Positions 23,785 to 34,394 of a DNA stretch of 64,000 nt are shown here, piece by piece (the first letter of the stretch is position 1; every line of letters starts with the position of its first letter). The stretch lies in IMG/VR virus record IMGVR_UViG_3300025876_000005, positions 1 through 64,000 of that record; one strand, written 5' to 3'. The notes beneath the pieces were generated by a model. That model did no database searches. It had not been told where the DNA came from and saw nothing but the letters and a program-made list of their open reading frames with translations. The position numbers were made by a program, and so were the translations under genes. Source of the stretch: a virus.

Positions 23785-25499
23785 AAGACATAATAGACCA
23801 TGCACTAGAAACTAAAGTTTTTGGTGAGGACTTCTCTTTCAGGAGAGGTCAGCGTGAAGTGATTGAGCAGATTGTGACTGCTTATCAAGAAGATCCAGAA
23901 TCTACAGTGGTGATTGATGCACCAACTGGAACTGGTAAGTCACTCATTGCTATGTGGAGCTCATATATCCTAAAGGAGATGGGCAAGCGTGGCTATCTAG
24001 TGACTTCAGATCTAGCACTACAAGACCAGTATGAGAAAGACTTTAAGCGCCTTAGCCTAAACTGGCCAAGTATTCGAGGTGTTGATAACTATGAGTGCTT
24101 TGTCAACAGCTTACCATTTAGTCTGGGTGACTGTAAGATGAAAGGCATGAGCTATGAACAAGCTGAACAACTCTCTTGTTATGGTCACTGTGGCTACCTA
24201 CAAAACAGAAGGCGTGCGATTGAACAACCAGTTGCTCTCTTAAACTACAGCTTCTGGCTAATCCAACGTAACTACGTTCAGGCTAGAATGGATGAACAAG
24301 AGCGTGATGCTCCGTTCAAGAAGCGTGACTTTGTCTTCTTTGATGAGGCACATAAAGTAGATGAGATTGTACAGAACCATTTTAGCGCACGTATCGACGA
24401 GTCTATTATTGACCGAGTAGTTTACCTTAACCGGTTTATTAGTCGCCATAATATACCAGCTGAAACACAAACCAAGAATAGATTACAGGCAGTTGTACAT
24501 GATCTAATGACAACTAAAGGTCGCGAGCCACTCTTTAAAGCTATTCAAGAGTTTAGAGGTATTGCTATTACATACAGAGCTGCACAAGATATTGCTAAGA
24601 AGACCGCCAAGAAGAGGTTTGGTCAGAAAACAATACCAAGTGATTGGGCATCCGCATTCACCGCTTTCGACCGCCTGAAAGACGTCTACTGTAAGTTTGA
24701 TGACTACAGTGACTTAATCAAAGATGTTGGCTTAGAAGCCATGGTAATTGACCAGCGAGAAGATGAGGCTAGATTCACATGTGTAGAAGAGTCTAAGATG
24801 ATTCAAAAGTACTTACACGAACAAGCTGGCTTTAAAGTTTTCATGTCAGCTACAATTGGTGACCCAAGAGCATATGCAAGAATCATGGGCATTAAAGGCG
24901 CTCGCTTTATTCGTATGGACAATTCATTTAGCTTTGAAAAGTCACCAATAATTTTTGTCAACCGACATAAGCTAACCTATAGAGAGCGTGAAGCCTCACT
25001 GCCAAAGGTGGTTAAGATCCTGGATCAGATTATAAAGAAACATAAAGGCCAGCGTGGTATTATTCACTCGGGCTCATATCAGTTTACAAACTATATCAAA
25101 CAGCATTCAATGCATACCTTTAGGCTAATGGACTATGAAGGTTCAAAGGAGAAGGCTGAGATGCTTGAACTCTTTGAGCAGAAAGAAGACTCTATTATCA
25201 TGGGCCCTTCACTCTTAGAAGGCCTTGACCTTAAGGATGGTATGAGCAGATTCCAGATCTTTTTTAAAGTACCTTATCCTAGCTTAGCAGATCCACTGAT
25301 TAAAGCTAAGCTCAACATATCAAACGACTGGTACAACTGGAAGACTGGTGTTTCAATTCAACAGGGTGTTGGCCGAAGCGTAAGAAGCGTAGATGACTGG
25401 GCAATTACATACGTGATTGACGCTAGTTTTATGAGTCTGATAAATAAACCAGACTTCTTCCCGCCTTCATTTAAAGAACGTATTAAGATAGTAAAATAA
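23769..25499 (+). CDS. DinG/YoaA-like SF2 helicase
   Basis: R.GQ Q-motif, DAPTGTGKS, LQDQY, Cys cluster, DEAH, MSAT, EGLD, KVPYP, QGVGRSVRS.DD. Confidence 0.88.
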   Translation: MERPIKDIIDHALETKVFGEDFSFRRGQREVIEQIVTAYQEDPESTVVIDAPTGTGKSLIAMWSSYILKEMGKRGYLVTSDLALQDQYEKDFKRLSLNWPSIRGVDNYECFVNSLPFSLGDCKMKGMSYEQAEQLSCYGHCGYLQNRRRAIEQPVALLNYSFWLIQRNYVQARMDEQERDAPFKKRDFVFFDEAHKVDEIVQNHFSARIDESIIDRVVYLNRFISRHNIPAETQTKNRLQAVVHDLMTTKGREPLFKAIQEFRGIAITYRAAQDIAKKTAKKRFGQKTIPSDWASAFTAFDRLKDVYCKFDDYSDLIKDVGLEAMVIDQREDEARFTCVEESKMIQKYLHEQAGFKVFMSATIGDPRAYARIMGIKGARFIRMDNSFSFEKSPIIFVNRHKLTYREREASLPKVVKILDQIIKKHKGQRGIIHSGSYQFTNYIKQHSMHTFRLMDYEGSKEKAEMLELFEQKEDSIIMGPSLLEGLDLKDGMSRFQIFFKVPYPSLADPLIKAKLNISNDWYNWKTGVSIQQGVGRSVRSVDDWAITYVIDASFMSLINKPDFFPPSFKERIKIVK

Positions 25500-25506
25500 T
25501 ATAATT

Positions 25507-25716
25507 ATGGGATTTAACAAATTATGGGTGCCGGCAATCGAGGACCTAGAAGAGAGTAAGTGTAAGATGGGTGAACATGAGTTCGGTATGCATTGGCATA
25601 AGAGGCTGATGAAGACTGATGCAATCATTGGAGATAGCTCGTCTGTTGAGATGATTAAACAATTTGCAGAAAAGGCATATAATGTTCAGAAAGATAATCA
25701 AAAAGATAAAGAATAG
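25507..25716 (+). CDS. Hypothetical protein
   Basis: ORF in tightly packed operon. Confidence 0.55.
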   Translation: MGFNKLWVPAIEDLEESKCKMGEHEFGMHWHKRLMKTDAIIGDSSSVEMIKQFAEKAYNVQKDNQKDKE

Positions 25717-25717
25717 T

Positions 25718-26344
25718 ATGTCTACACAAGTTAAAGACAAGCAACAAGAAATCTGGTACGTTTGGGCTAAATCCGAACGTGTTGGTGATATTGTACAGCC
25801 TGCTGAAGTACAAGATGATGCTAAATGGCTTAAGTTTACAGATGGTACTCAGATCAACAAGAGTATCGTTAAAGAATTCTTAATGTCGGCTAAATCTGAG
25901 CAAGAGGCTAAGGTTTATTCACTAGACTTAAACCCAATTGGCTCGAGTGTTAATAGCGCTGCTAAACCTGTTGCGGTAAAACAAGAGGCACCAAAGCAAG
26001 AGCGTAGAATTACAGACGGTAAGTCAGCACCAACTCCAGAAGTTAACGTAATGATGGAGATGTTGAAGAAGATCAGCAAGAAGAACAAGGCTGCAATGCT
26101 AGTTGAGGTTAATATCCCAGCAAAAGAGGTCTATGAAATGCTACAGGATCAAATGGACATGGAAGCAACAGAACTGAATGAACAGATAGGACTGCTTGTA
26201 GAAAGCCAGATAGATAACCTAAGAGAACAACTTAAAGAACAAATCGAAACTTTTATTTCTAATTATTATACAAATGAGCCAAGAAACAACAAACGAGCAA
26301 AATCAAACTCAAGCAACGCCACAGGCACAGATGCCTCTGAATAG
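25718..26344 (+). CDS. Hypothetical protein (start probably 25718)
   Basis: In-frame ATG just after the upstream stop. Confidence 0.6.
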   Translation: MSTQVKDKQQEIWYVWAKSERVGDIVQPAEVQDDAKWLKFTDGTQINKSIVKEFLMSAKSEQEAKVYSLDLNPIGSSVNSAAKPVAVKQEAPKQERRITDGKSAPTPEVNVMMEMLKKISKKNKAAMLVEVNIPAKEVYEMLQDQMDMEATELNEQIGLLVESQIDNLREQLKEQIETFISNYYTNEPRNNKRAKSNSSNATGTDASE

Positions 26345-26705
26345 ACGTCAGAGAAGACTTATGATGAAGCAGAATGGAATGCTTAAGTATTTAAGCAAGC
26401 TAAGCTTTTTCCACCCGACAAGAGCTGCAATTAGACGGCAGAACATGGAGAATGGGCGTAAAATTCAGGAGGCTAGACTAGATGCTGCTGAAAAAGCTCA
26501 AGCCGAAAGACTTGAAGCTGCATTAGAAAGAATGAAAGAGACTTGGTCTAACATTGGCTACAACAAAGAAGAAATGACAATGCTAGAAGAAGCTTGGGCT
26601 TTGACTGCAATCAAAGACAGAGAAACTTACCGAGCTGATGTGAAGCGGTCTAGAAAATTGATGAAAGAGGCTGCAGCTTCATTGGCGGCTAGAAACAAAA
26701 AGTAA
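26274..26705 (+). CDS. Hypothetical basic helical protein
   Basis: NRRQRR motif; 143 aa. Confidence 0.6.
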   Translation: MSQETTNEQNQTQATPQAQMPLNRRQRRLMMKQNGMLKYLSKLSFFHPTRAAIRRQNMENGRKIQEARLDAAEKAQAERLEAALERMKETWSNIGYNKEEMTMLEEAWALTAIKDRETYRADVKRSRKLMKEAAASLAARNKK

Positions 26706-26708
26706 GAT

Positions 26709-27029
26709 ATGATTACAGTTAGCATTGAACCTGCTGATAACGGGGTCATCAAGTATGTAGTTGATGATAACGTTAACGGTGGCGGAGAAGAACATGTGTC
26801 TCGAGTTGTCTATGATTTAGACAACGACGAAGAAAGAATAAACCTAGTCAACCTGGTCCAAGACATTATCTTGGATCTAGGGCTAGAAACAGGAACTGAA
26901 ATCGACAAGCATATGTTCAGTGCTAAAACTGAATGGGGTGCTAAATACAACCCGTCGATCAAAGAAACAAAGGAGAGAATCAAGCAGCTAGAAGCTGAAA
27001 TTGATAGACTCTCTACGCAATTAAAGTAA
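26709..27029 (+). CDS. Hypothetical protein
   Basis: ORF in operon. Confidence 0.6.
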   Translation: MITVSIEPADNGVIKYVVDDNVNGGGEEHVSRVVYDLDNDEERINLVNLVQDIILDLGLETGTEIDKHMFSAKTEWGAKYNPSIKETKERIKQLEAEIDRLSTQLK

Positions 27030-27436
27030 TGAATTTTAGGATAGAATGCGTTTGGTGTAAAACTAGAACGGAGTTTGATAAATTGTATAGGTCTAATGGT
27101 CATGACTTAGCAATATCTTATTCCGATATTTTTAATAGACTGATGAAGAGTGATCCGTATAACGAGGAGCCTTCTGATGTTATCATTACGCTTTATATCC
27201 GTAAAATGATTATGAGAGCACTCAACTCTAAAATAGAGAGTGAGTCTGATGACTTTTCTATAGCCTATATGTTTAACAACTTAGATCAAGATTCAGTCAC
27301 CGGTGTTCATGATTTTATGTCTGGGCTCTTTGATTCTGAGATAGAGCTTAATCTAACTGTGATTAACAGATCTGATTACCCAAAGCAGGGCGTCTTAAGT
27401 AAATTTAACAATGTAAAATTCATTGACAATGATTAA
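27029..27436 (+). CDS. Hypothetical protein
   Basis: ORF in operon (TAATG coupling). Confidence 0.6.
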   Translation: MNFRIECVWCKTRTEFDKLYRSNGHDLAISYSDIFNRLMKSDPYNEEPSDVIITLYIRKMIMRALNSKIESESDDFSIAYMFNNLDQDSVTGVHDFMSGLFDSEIELNLTVINRSDYPKQGVLSKFNNVKFIDND

Positions 27437-28028
27437 GCACAAACTTTTTGCAAAAGGTGAAAAGATACATGCGCTAATCTCAACTACACAAAAACCAAAC
27501 GTACTTTTCCCAGTCAGAGCTATCATTTATGACGTCAAGTTCGACGACATCAATCCACAGTATCAGATTAAAGTACTTAAGTTCTACGATCAAATCTACT
27601 TTTTAAAGCAGAATCTGTTTGGTGGCCGATTCATTAGAGACTTTGAAGGCCACGACACAAAGATCAACCTTAAACGTGAAAACTATTCTAAAGTAAAGAT
27701 CTTAGAAGATGAGGTCTTTGGTGGCCAGAACTGGCAAAAATACATGATTGTTGTTGACTCTGTCTTTTGCACAAGGACTAGAGCAGAACAAGAAGAGCTC
27801 TTCAATAATATCCAATCCTTTCATATTGAGTTAAAACTGAAAGAACTCTATGAACTAGTTAATCGTACGGTCTATTCTAAAGGCCCATACTATTTCCATA
27901 CTCGAGGTGAATACATTAAAGCACTAGAGAAGTTTTTAGGAGATAGATACCCTAAGCAAAAAGACTGGGTAGACGAATTGCTTTACCGCCCAGATACATC
28001 TGAGATGGACAACTCTGAGTGGGTTTAA
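27429..28028 (+). CDS. Hypothetical protein
   Basis: ORF in operon. Confidence 0.6.
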   Translation: MIKHKLFAKGEKIHALISTTQKPNVLFPVRAIIYDVKFDDINPQYQIKVLKFYDQIYFLKQNLFGGRFIRDFEGHDTKINLKRENYSKVKILEDEVFGGQNWQKYMIVVDSVFCTRTRAEQEELFNNIQSFHIELKLKELYELVNRTVYSKGPYYFHTRGEYIKALEKFLGDRYPKQKDWVDELLYRPDTSEMDNSEWV

Positions 28029-28066
28029 GTAGAGCTGGATATATATAAAAAAAGAATAGTGATTTA

Positions 28067-29833
28067 ATGGCTTACCAATATCTAGGGAAACTCGGACCTA
28101 AAATACAATTTGAAGTTATAGAGACTGGTGTGCAAGAGGAAACTTTTGCTTCTCCGCCATTTAAAGGCGCGGATGACCAGTGGTATCTTTTTCAAGAAAC
28201 ACCTGAAAATATATTATATGGTTATACTGAGCCAGAGCCAGAGCCAGAGCCAGTAACTCAGGGTAATACTACTGTTGAAGAAGAACCAACACCTACAGAA
28301 TATACTAGTGTTTATGGTAAAACATTAGTCCAGAGTAGAAAGTATAAAGCACCGGAAGGTGATAGCAGAACTGAGGGTATTCATGAAGGTGAAGCTGTTA
28401 GATCACACTTTAATAAATGGACTCTTTTTAAGTACAAGAACATAAGTGGTTTAAGTGAAAACTCACAAGGTTCTGAAGTTTCTGACAAGTATAGCACGGT
28501 TGTTAACTCAACTTCACCATATATTGCACCTACTGCTAACAATATTGTACAATATTCTAATAATATTGATTCTTTAGCTTTTAAGTATAGCTTGACTGAC
28601 TTTATACAATGTGAACACTATGGTCAAATTTCTAATAATTACATGGTGACTCTAAGACGTTTTGGTTATCCAATTGCTGATGACCTCATTGCGCCTAGGC
28701 AAATGGGGCCTGACGGCGAACCCATTGATGTTACTCAGCCGGATATAGCACGTGCGATTACTTGGTTGAGTCCTGCATTGGGTAACGATCTAAAAGAAAT
28801 CCTTAAGTTTAACGTTGGTATACCATGGAAAGAAGAAGAATCTGCAGTTCAAACTATTCAGGCTGGTAAGAAGAATAGAGGTGCTGTTGGTGCAATGATT
28901 GATGGTAGCCCTATTTTCCAGGCTATTGAAAATGGTATAAACGGTTACAATGCAGATCAAACACAACGTGCAAACGCACAAGGTGGTGGATTTGACCCAC
29001 TTAAGGAGACATATCCAAACACTGTTTATGGTCCTCTTAATGTAATTAAAAACATTATGGCTAGAGAGCAGGGTTTAAAATTTGAACAAGAGTTTAAATT
29101 AACTTTTCACTATGATTTACGTGGTTATGGTAACACAAGTCCTAAGGTTGCTTTTATGGACAGTATGGCAAACTTACTAGCGTTGACATACAATAATGCT
29201 CCTTTCTGGGGTGGTGCTGTTAGGTATACTGGTAGTGGTTCTCTTGGTAAACCATTTGGTGACTATGAACTACTAAGATCTGGTGATTATGAGGGCTTCT
29301 TAAAAGGCCTAGGTAGTCAACTGAGCAATGCTGTTTCTACAGGTTTTGCTGATATATCTAAAGCATTTGAAACAGGTAATCTTGGAGACTCTAAGATCTT
29401 AAATAACGTTATTGGTGGTGGTCTTATGAAATTATTTAATGGGCCACAGGGTGGCGCGATTGTTAACTCACTTTTAACCGGAGACCCTACTGGGCAGTGG
29501 CATTTAACTATCGGTAATCCACTGAACCCGATTATGATGGTTGGTAATCTTGCGTGTACTGATTCTAGCTTCTCATTTGAAGGGCCGTTTGGTTATGAAG
29601 ATTTTCCTTCTAAACTAAAGGTTGAAATTACACTTAAACCTGCTAGAATGCGCGATAAGGGTGAGATTGAGAGTATGTTTAATGCTGGAAAAGGTAGAAT
29701 GTATCTACAGCCAGAATATGGTGGAGACATAGACAATCTTGTAAATGTATCTGCATATGGAAATAAAGATAGACTAGCTCAAGGCTTTAGCGAAGACGCT
29801 ATACAAAAATTGTCTGACATGTCAGCTGGATAA
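28067..29833 (+). CDS. Putative baseplate/tail-tube-associated structural protein
   Basis: First gene after GATATATA (28038); C-terminal beta-rich segment (SFSFEGP...FPSKLKVEITLK) reminiscent of tube-fold baseplate proteins; gene context. Confidence 0.45.
   Translation: MAYQYLGKLGPKIQFEVIETGVQEETFASPPFKGADDQWYLFQETPENILYGYTEPEPEPEPVTQGNTTVEEEPTPTEYTSVYGKTLVQSRKYKAPEGDSRTEGIHEGEAVRSHFNKWTLFKYKNISGLSENSQGSEVSDKYSTVVNSTSPYIAPTANNIVQYSNNIDSLAFKYSLTDFIQCEHYGQISNNYMVTLRRFGYPIADDLIAPRQMGPDGEPIDVTQPDIARAITWLSPALGNDLKEILKFNVGIPWKEEESAVQTIQAGKKNRGAVGAMIDGSPIFQAIENGINGYNADQTQRANAQGGGFDPLKETYPNTVYGPLNVIKNIMAREQGLKFEQEFKLTFHYDLRGYGNTSPKVAFMDSMANLLALTYNNAPFWGGAVRYTGSGSLGKPFGDYELLRSGDYEGFLKGLGSQLSNAVSTGFADISKAFETGNLGDSKILNNVIGGGLMKLFNGPQGGAIVNSLLTGDPTGQWHLTIGNPLNPIMMVGNLACTDSSFSFEGPFGYEDFPSKLKVEITLKPARMRDKGEIESMFNAGKGRMYLQPEYGGDIDNLVNVSAYGNKDRLAQGFSEDAIQKLSDMSAG
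28229..28252 (+). repeat. (GAGCCA)x4 coding microsatellite (EP repeat)
   Basis: Direct reading. Confidence 0.9.
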
Positions 29834-29835
29834 TT

Positions 29836-30840
29836 ATGAATTTAAAGACATTTATAAATAAAACATCTGATGGTATTAGGTATATCCTAACACAACCAAC
29901 TATGATCTTTGCTAACAAGGAAAACATTACACTGCTTAATCCAGAGCATGTTGTTAATGCTGATCAAGCTGCAAGGCCAGATCTAATTGCATTGAAGTAT
30001 TATGGAAATCAGAGTAAGCTTGATATGATCTTAAAATGGAACTCTATTTCAGATCCATTTTCAATTAACGAAGGTGATGTCTTAGAAATTCCACATGCAA
30101 ACGCTCCCTTCTACAAGCTAGAAAGACCGAAAGAATTTGATGCTACAAATAATCCTGTTAAACTACAGTTTATTTCAGGTAAACGCTTGAGCAAAAAGGA
30201 CCAGCGTAGACTTGATGCTTTAAAGAAGAAATATGGTAAAGATAATCTGTTGCCACCGAATGTAATACCGGTTGGTAAAAAGAATTATGAATATGTGGGC
30301 TCTCAGATTAGAATGGGTGCTCAAGCACAAACCGATGCTGTAGTTGATGCTATTAATAGAAATCTTGATGCAGATTCAGGTGATGAGATTAACACAGATC
30401 TTCTAGGAGATACAATTACAATTGGCGGTGAAAACACAGGCTCTCAATTTGAGAAGATTCCAGGTGGAGTATGGAGCTGGACTGGTGGCTCTTGGGTTGC
30501 TGTTAACCCGGATGTTGCACAAGAAGTTGCAGGCTCACTCTACGGTGAATATGGAGATCCGAACGGTTCTATACAAGGTAGCTTTGAAAGTCAGCTCTAT
30601 TTTGATAAATTAAGAAATGGTGGCGATGGAAATGGCACTGGTGGCGGAAATGGCACTGGTGGCGGAAATGGCACTAGCGGCACTGGTGGCGGAAATGGCA
30701 CTGGTGGCGGAAATGGCACTAGCGGTACTTCAGCAGACGAGTATGGAGATAACCAAAACGATGGCGGAAATGGCACTAGCGGCACTGGTGGCGGAAATGG
30801 CACTAGCGGCACTGGTAGTACAGCTCCATGTGGTCAATAA
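29836..30840 (+). CDS. Baseplate wedge gp53/LysM-like protein with Gly-rich repeat tail
   Basis: RPDLIALKYYG....DMILKWNSISDPFSINEGDVLEIP. Confidence 0.7.
   Translation: MNLKTFINKTSDGIRYILTQPTMIFANKENITLLNPEHVVNADQAARPDLIALKYYGNQSKLDMILKWNSISDPFSINEGDVLEIPHANAPFYKLERPKEFDATNNPVKLQFISGKRLSKKDQRRLDALKKKYGKDNLLPPNVIPVGKKNYEYVGSQIRMGAQAQTDAVVDAINRNLDADSGDEINTDLLGDTITIGGENTGSQFEKIPGGVWSWTGGSWVAVNPDVAQEVAGSLYGEYGDPNGSIQGSFESQLYFDKLRNGGDGNGTGGGNGTGGGNGTSGTGGGNGTGGGNGTSGTSADEYGDNQNDGGNGTSGTGGGNGTSGTGSTAPCGQ
30628..30816 (+). repeat. Coding tandem repeat, 7 copies of GGAAATGGCACT (GNGT) in 18/27-nt units
   Basis: Direct reading; the 12-nt core is identical in all copies. Confidence 0.9.
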
Positions 30841-30846
30841 TAAATT

Positions 30847-32367
30847 ATGAATCTAGACAATAACATATTAGCGGTCGTTGAACCGGCAATTATGCCTACT
30901 GCAATTGAGATTGAGGGGCTAGGTGAGGCTGAAGAAGATGGTGGTGCAGATCGCCAGACTAAAGCTATTGGTGTTGATTTACCATTTGTGCTCCTAAATA
31001 ATTATCAATTCATGCAGAAAGACATACAGAGTTTCTCATTAGATAACTCTGGATTTTTGCCTGAGATGAGGATCCGCTTAGTTGACAGAAAAAATACATT
31101 TGGTGTTGATTCATTTCCAAGAGATGGCGATGTGATTACAATATTGTTAACTAGTAAAAACTCTTCTACGTTTAAGAGTATTCACATGGATTTTGACATT
31201 ACGAGCATTACTAGTAAACAGGCCAGTGAAGGTGATTTTAATGCAATTACCGTAGTTGGGACAGCTAAAGTACCAAGGCTTTACAGCGAAGAGTGTAGAA
31301 GTTTTGATGCTGCAGGTTCGTTAGATCATCTAGAAGAAGTTGCTAGAGATTTACAGCTAGGCTTAGCTACAAACATCGAAAACACTGACGATGCTCAAAT
31401 TAGAATACAAGCATATACATCTACTCTAGATTTTATTAAAGAAACAGTAGACACCTCTTATATTTCAGACGACTCATTTCAAAGGTTTTATATAGATCAA
31501 TACTATTATTTAACCTATGTTGATGTGAATAGGGTTTTTAATTCTCCTAATCCACCGATAGATGATTTACAGGCCTCTTTTGCATCAGCAATATACAGCA
31601 CGGCAGAGGATAAAGAAACACCTGAAGAAAGTGATGATATTGAAGCACCTTTAATACTTACAAACCACAGAAACAGTAAAGGTACAAATATGTTTATCGG
31701 TGCTTTTAATCTAGTAAATAATGCTAATGATATAAGTACAGCATATGGTTATACTAGAGACGTTGTTATTTATGATGATAACTCAGAAGCCGGTGAAAGA
31801 TTTCAAGAATTTACAATAGAAGCCTTGAACTCAGAGGAAATGATGGACTATGAAGAGCCTCTAAAAGGCAGGCGTAACGAGGATAGATATGACACTCATA
31901 AGAAGCATAAATATATTGGTAGACAGGATGTTGGAGAAGGTGATATTGGTAACGTACATCCAAGCTTAAATTTTGCTAAATTACACCAGGCGCAAAACTT
32001 AGCTGAGATAGAAAAGGTTAAACTTAAAGTCTCTCTAGAATCTTTTAACCCATCGATCTATAAGTACCAGAAGATTCCAATTCTTATTTACGAATACAAT
32101 AAAGAGCGTGTTGCGGCAATGCTCAAGTACAATAAGTTTTTAGATGAACAAGGTTTTTCTGATAAGTTTTTGGATATAGATCCGGGTGTTGCTGAAGAAG
32201 ATAATGAAGATTCTAAACCAGACCAGGTAGTTAACAGATTCTTAAGCGGTTTTTACGTAATTGAGAATATTAACTATAAATACAACATTGATAAAGGTGG
32301 AATAGTACAAGAGGTTACTCTTATTAGAAGAGAATGGCCAGGTGGTTTTACTAACTACGCAGAATAA
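30847..32367 (+). CDS. Putative baseplate hub protein (gp27-like)
   Basis: Position between gp53-like and gp5-like genes; C-terminal LSGFYVIENI.Y...QEVTLIRREW typical of hub proteins. Confidence 0.5.
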   Translation: MNLDNNILAVVEPAIMPTAIEIEGLGEAEEDGGADRQTKAIGVDLPFVLLNNYQFMQKDIQSFSLDNSGFLPEMRIRLVDRKNTFGVDSFPRDGDVITILLTSKNSSTFKSIHMDFDITSITSKQASEGDFNAITVVGTAKVPRLYSEECRSFDAAGSLDHLEEVARDLQLGLATNIENTDDAQIRIQAYTSTLDFIKETVDTSYISDDSFQRFYIDQYYYLTYVDVNRVFNSPNPPIDDLQASFASAIYSTAEDKETPEESDDIEAPLILTNHRNSKGTNMFIGAFNLVNNANDISTAYGYTRDVVIYDDNSEAGERFQEFTIEALNSEEMMDYEEPLKGRRNEDRYDTHKKHKYIGRQDVGEGDIGNVHPSLNFAKLHQAQNLAEIEKVKLKVSLESFNPSIYKYQKIPILIYEYNKERVAAMLKYNKFLDEQGFSDKFLDIDPGVAEEDNEDSKPDQVVNRFLSGFYVIENINYKYNIDKGGIVQEVTLIRREWPGGFTNYAE

Positions 32368-32380
32368 GAATATATAGTAC

Positions 32381-33685
32381 ATGGCAGACTTTGGTAAGAT
32401 AAACGAATTTAGAAAGACAACTCAATTAAGGAAGATCAATGAGGATCCGACTTACTTGAGCTTCTTCCTTTTGTTTGATACTTCTCGAGAAAATTCACCA
32501 TTACTATCAGGTGTTGCCGAGGAATATTTAAGAAATGTAGTTAAAGATACTGAAAGAGCTGATCTATTAGCTCGTTTTGTTAAACTTTTAAAGAAGGTTA
32601 ATACAGAACTGCCTTGGTTTTGGCAAAGCGTATCCGGACTTGAGAATACTAGAAAGTACAATAAGATGGAAGATCCATGGCGAGGTGCTGAGTCGCCATC
32701 GCTGGAAATTGAGTGTCTAGAGAATATTGAACTTACTGCTGCTACTCTGATTGATTTATACAAAAGAGCTGCATTTGATTTTAACAGATGGGTTGAAGTA
32801 ATACCTAAGAATTTACGCCATTTTCAGTTGGACGTGTGGGTAACTGAAGTTAGAGGCTTTCAACAAACAACTGTCGCAGGACTTTTAAATTCAAAAAATA
32901 AAGATACTTCAAGGACTGAGATTAGAAATCCAGACGAAACTAACCCCGATAACGCTACTAACGCTGAGATGGCCGTTGACGCTAAACCTCTTTTTGTAAC
33001 TAGATTAGGCCACTGTGAATTCGATATAGAATCTACTAGTGATATGTTTGCCAGTCTGAGTAAATCGCCAGAAATGGCAAAGTCTAAGATTATTATACAC
33101 TGGAATACCGCTGAACAGCAGTCGCAAAGGTATGGTGCAAACTTAAACGCTAACCAAGAAAACAGTATAGCGTTCCAAAGAGATCCTGATCCTAGATTAG
33201 AGGCATATAATCCATTTGACCCTATTAACCCTATTGATAAGCTTAAAGATAGGGCAAAAGATCAATTAGATGGTGCTATTGCTGGTGTAACAAATATACT
33301 AGGTGGACTTCCAGGTGATAGAGGTGCTTTAGGTAATGCACATGGTTCTCTGTTAACAGGGCAACTTGGGCAACTCGCTAACTCTGTAGTTGAAGGTGCA
33401 CTTGCGCGTCTTCTACTTGGTAATGTACACGGGATTAACGCAGGATCTACAATCCAAGATGCAATAAACGCAGCTAGTTTAAACGGTATAGCCAACGCAG
33501 CTGGACAATTATTTAATCAGTTTAACCAGCCTTCAGGTGGAAACGGTAACGATGTAATAACTCCAAAAAAGATCTATCCAGAAAATGCGATAGATAGTTC
33601 ACAAGGACCAATTAACGAAAGAATATACGAGCCAGGAGTAGACAGTAGTCCAGATGGCAACTTAAACCAGAACGTACATGAATAA
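32381..33685 (+). CDS. Putative tail/baseplate structural protein
   Basis: Context; PWFWQSVSGL motif; Gly/Asn/Ala-rich C-terminus. Confidence 0.45.
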   Translation: MADFGKINEFRKTTQLRKINEDPTYLSFFLLFDTSRENSPLLSGVAEEYLRNVVKDTERADLLARFVKLLKKVNTELPWFWQSVSGLENTRKYNKMEDPWRGAESPSLEIECLENIELTAATLIDLYKRAAFDFNRWVEVIPKNLRHFQLDVWVTEVRGFQQTTVAGLLNSKNKDTSRTEIRNPDETNPDNATNAEMAVDAKPLFVTRLGHCEFDIESTSDMFASLSKSPEMAKSKIIIHWNTAEQQSQRYGANLNANQENSIAFQRDPDPRLEAYNPFDPINPIDKLKDRAKDQLDGAIAGVTNILGGLPGDRGALGNAHGSLLTGQLGQLANSVVEGALARLLLGNVHGINAGSTIQDAINAASLNGIANAAGQLFNQFNQPSGGNGNDVITPKKIYPENAIDSSQGPINERIYEPGVDSSPDGNLNQNVHE

Positions 33686-34394
33686 CAATGAACTTTATAG
33701 AGATAATCTTAGAGATGCGCATTGGCTTGGTGAAGTTGTGGTTAACGAAGACCCACTTCTAAAAGGCAGGTGCCGTGTCAAAGTCTTTGGTAAATTTGAT
33801 CAGTTAACAGACGATGCTATCCCATGGGCAACACCAATGAACAGAGATGCTGTAGGTTCACATCACGTACCTAGAGTTGGTGATATTGTTGCAGTTCGTT
33901 TTGATAATGGTAACATCTATCACCCAGAATACTGGTTTCAAGTAGATCAGAATGATGACCTTAAGACTGATGTTCTTGAGGCCTCAGACGCACCACAAGA
34001 TGTTATAAGCCTAGTCTACGACGCTGAAAGAAATTTAAGGATATATCACTCACCGGAAGATGGTCTTGTGATTACGCGTGGCTCTGGAGCCAAAGAGAGG
34101 CCGATGATTCAGATCGACGAAGAGGGTTTTATTAAGATCTCAACTGATGCTAAGATGTTCTTAGACTGTGGTGACATTTTTATCTCAAATGAAGGTGAAG
34201 GTGGAGCAGATGAGACTGAACCTGCGGTGCGTGGTCAATCCTTACAAGACTGGTTACAAAAACTATTGGATGACTATAATACACACATCCACCCAACTGG
34301 AGTTGGTCCTAGCGGCCCACCAATGCCGCCAACACCAGTTACCGTTGGAGAACTTACAGCTACTCATATTAACTATCAACAAAAGAATAAGTAA
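33678..34394 (+). CDS. Baseplate central spike (gp5/gpV-like OB domain, HxH tip)
   Basis: GEVVVNEDPL.KGRCRVKVFG...IPWA.P, VPRVGDIVAVRF; C-terminal HIHPTGVGPSGPP. Confidence 0.8.
   Translation: MNNNELYRDNLRDAHWLGEVVVNEDPLLKGRCRVKVFGKFDQLTDDAIPWATPMNRDAVGSHHVPRVGDIVAVRFDNGNIYHPEYWFQVDQNDDLKTDVLEASDAPQDVISLVYDAERNLRIYHSPEDGLVITRGSGAKERPMIQIDEEGFIKISTDAKMFLDCGDIFISNEGEGGADETEPAVRGQSLQDWLQKLLDDYNTHIHPTGVGPSGPPMPPTPVTVGELTATHINYQQKNK

Noticed and set aside
30628-30816. Possible CRISPR array
   Set aside because: Units are contiguous, in-frame coding repeats without unique spacers; no cas genes in the window
30617-30850. Alternative-frame ORF with MALVAE repeats, and other nested plus-strand ORFs (1447, 14772, 30422, 34168, 36381, 52236, 58360)
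   Set aside because: By-products of the repeat or of codon bias within longer genes; no independent evidence of translation
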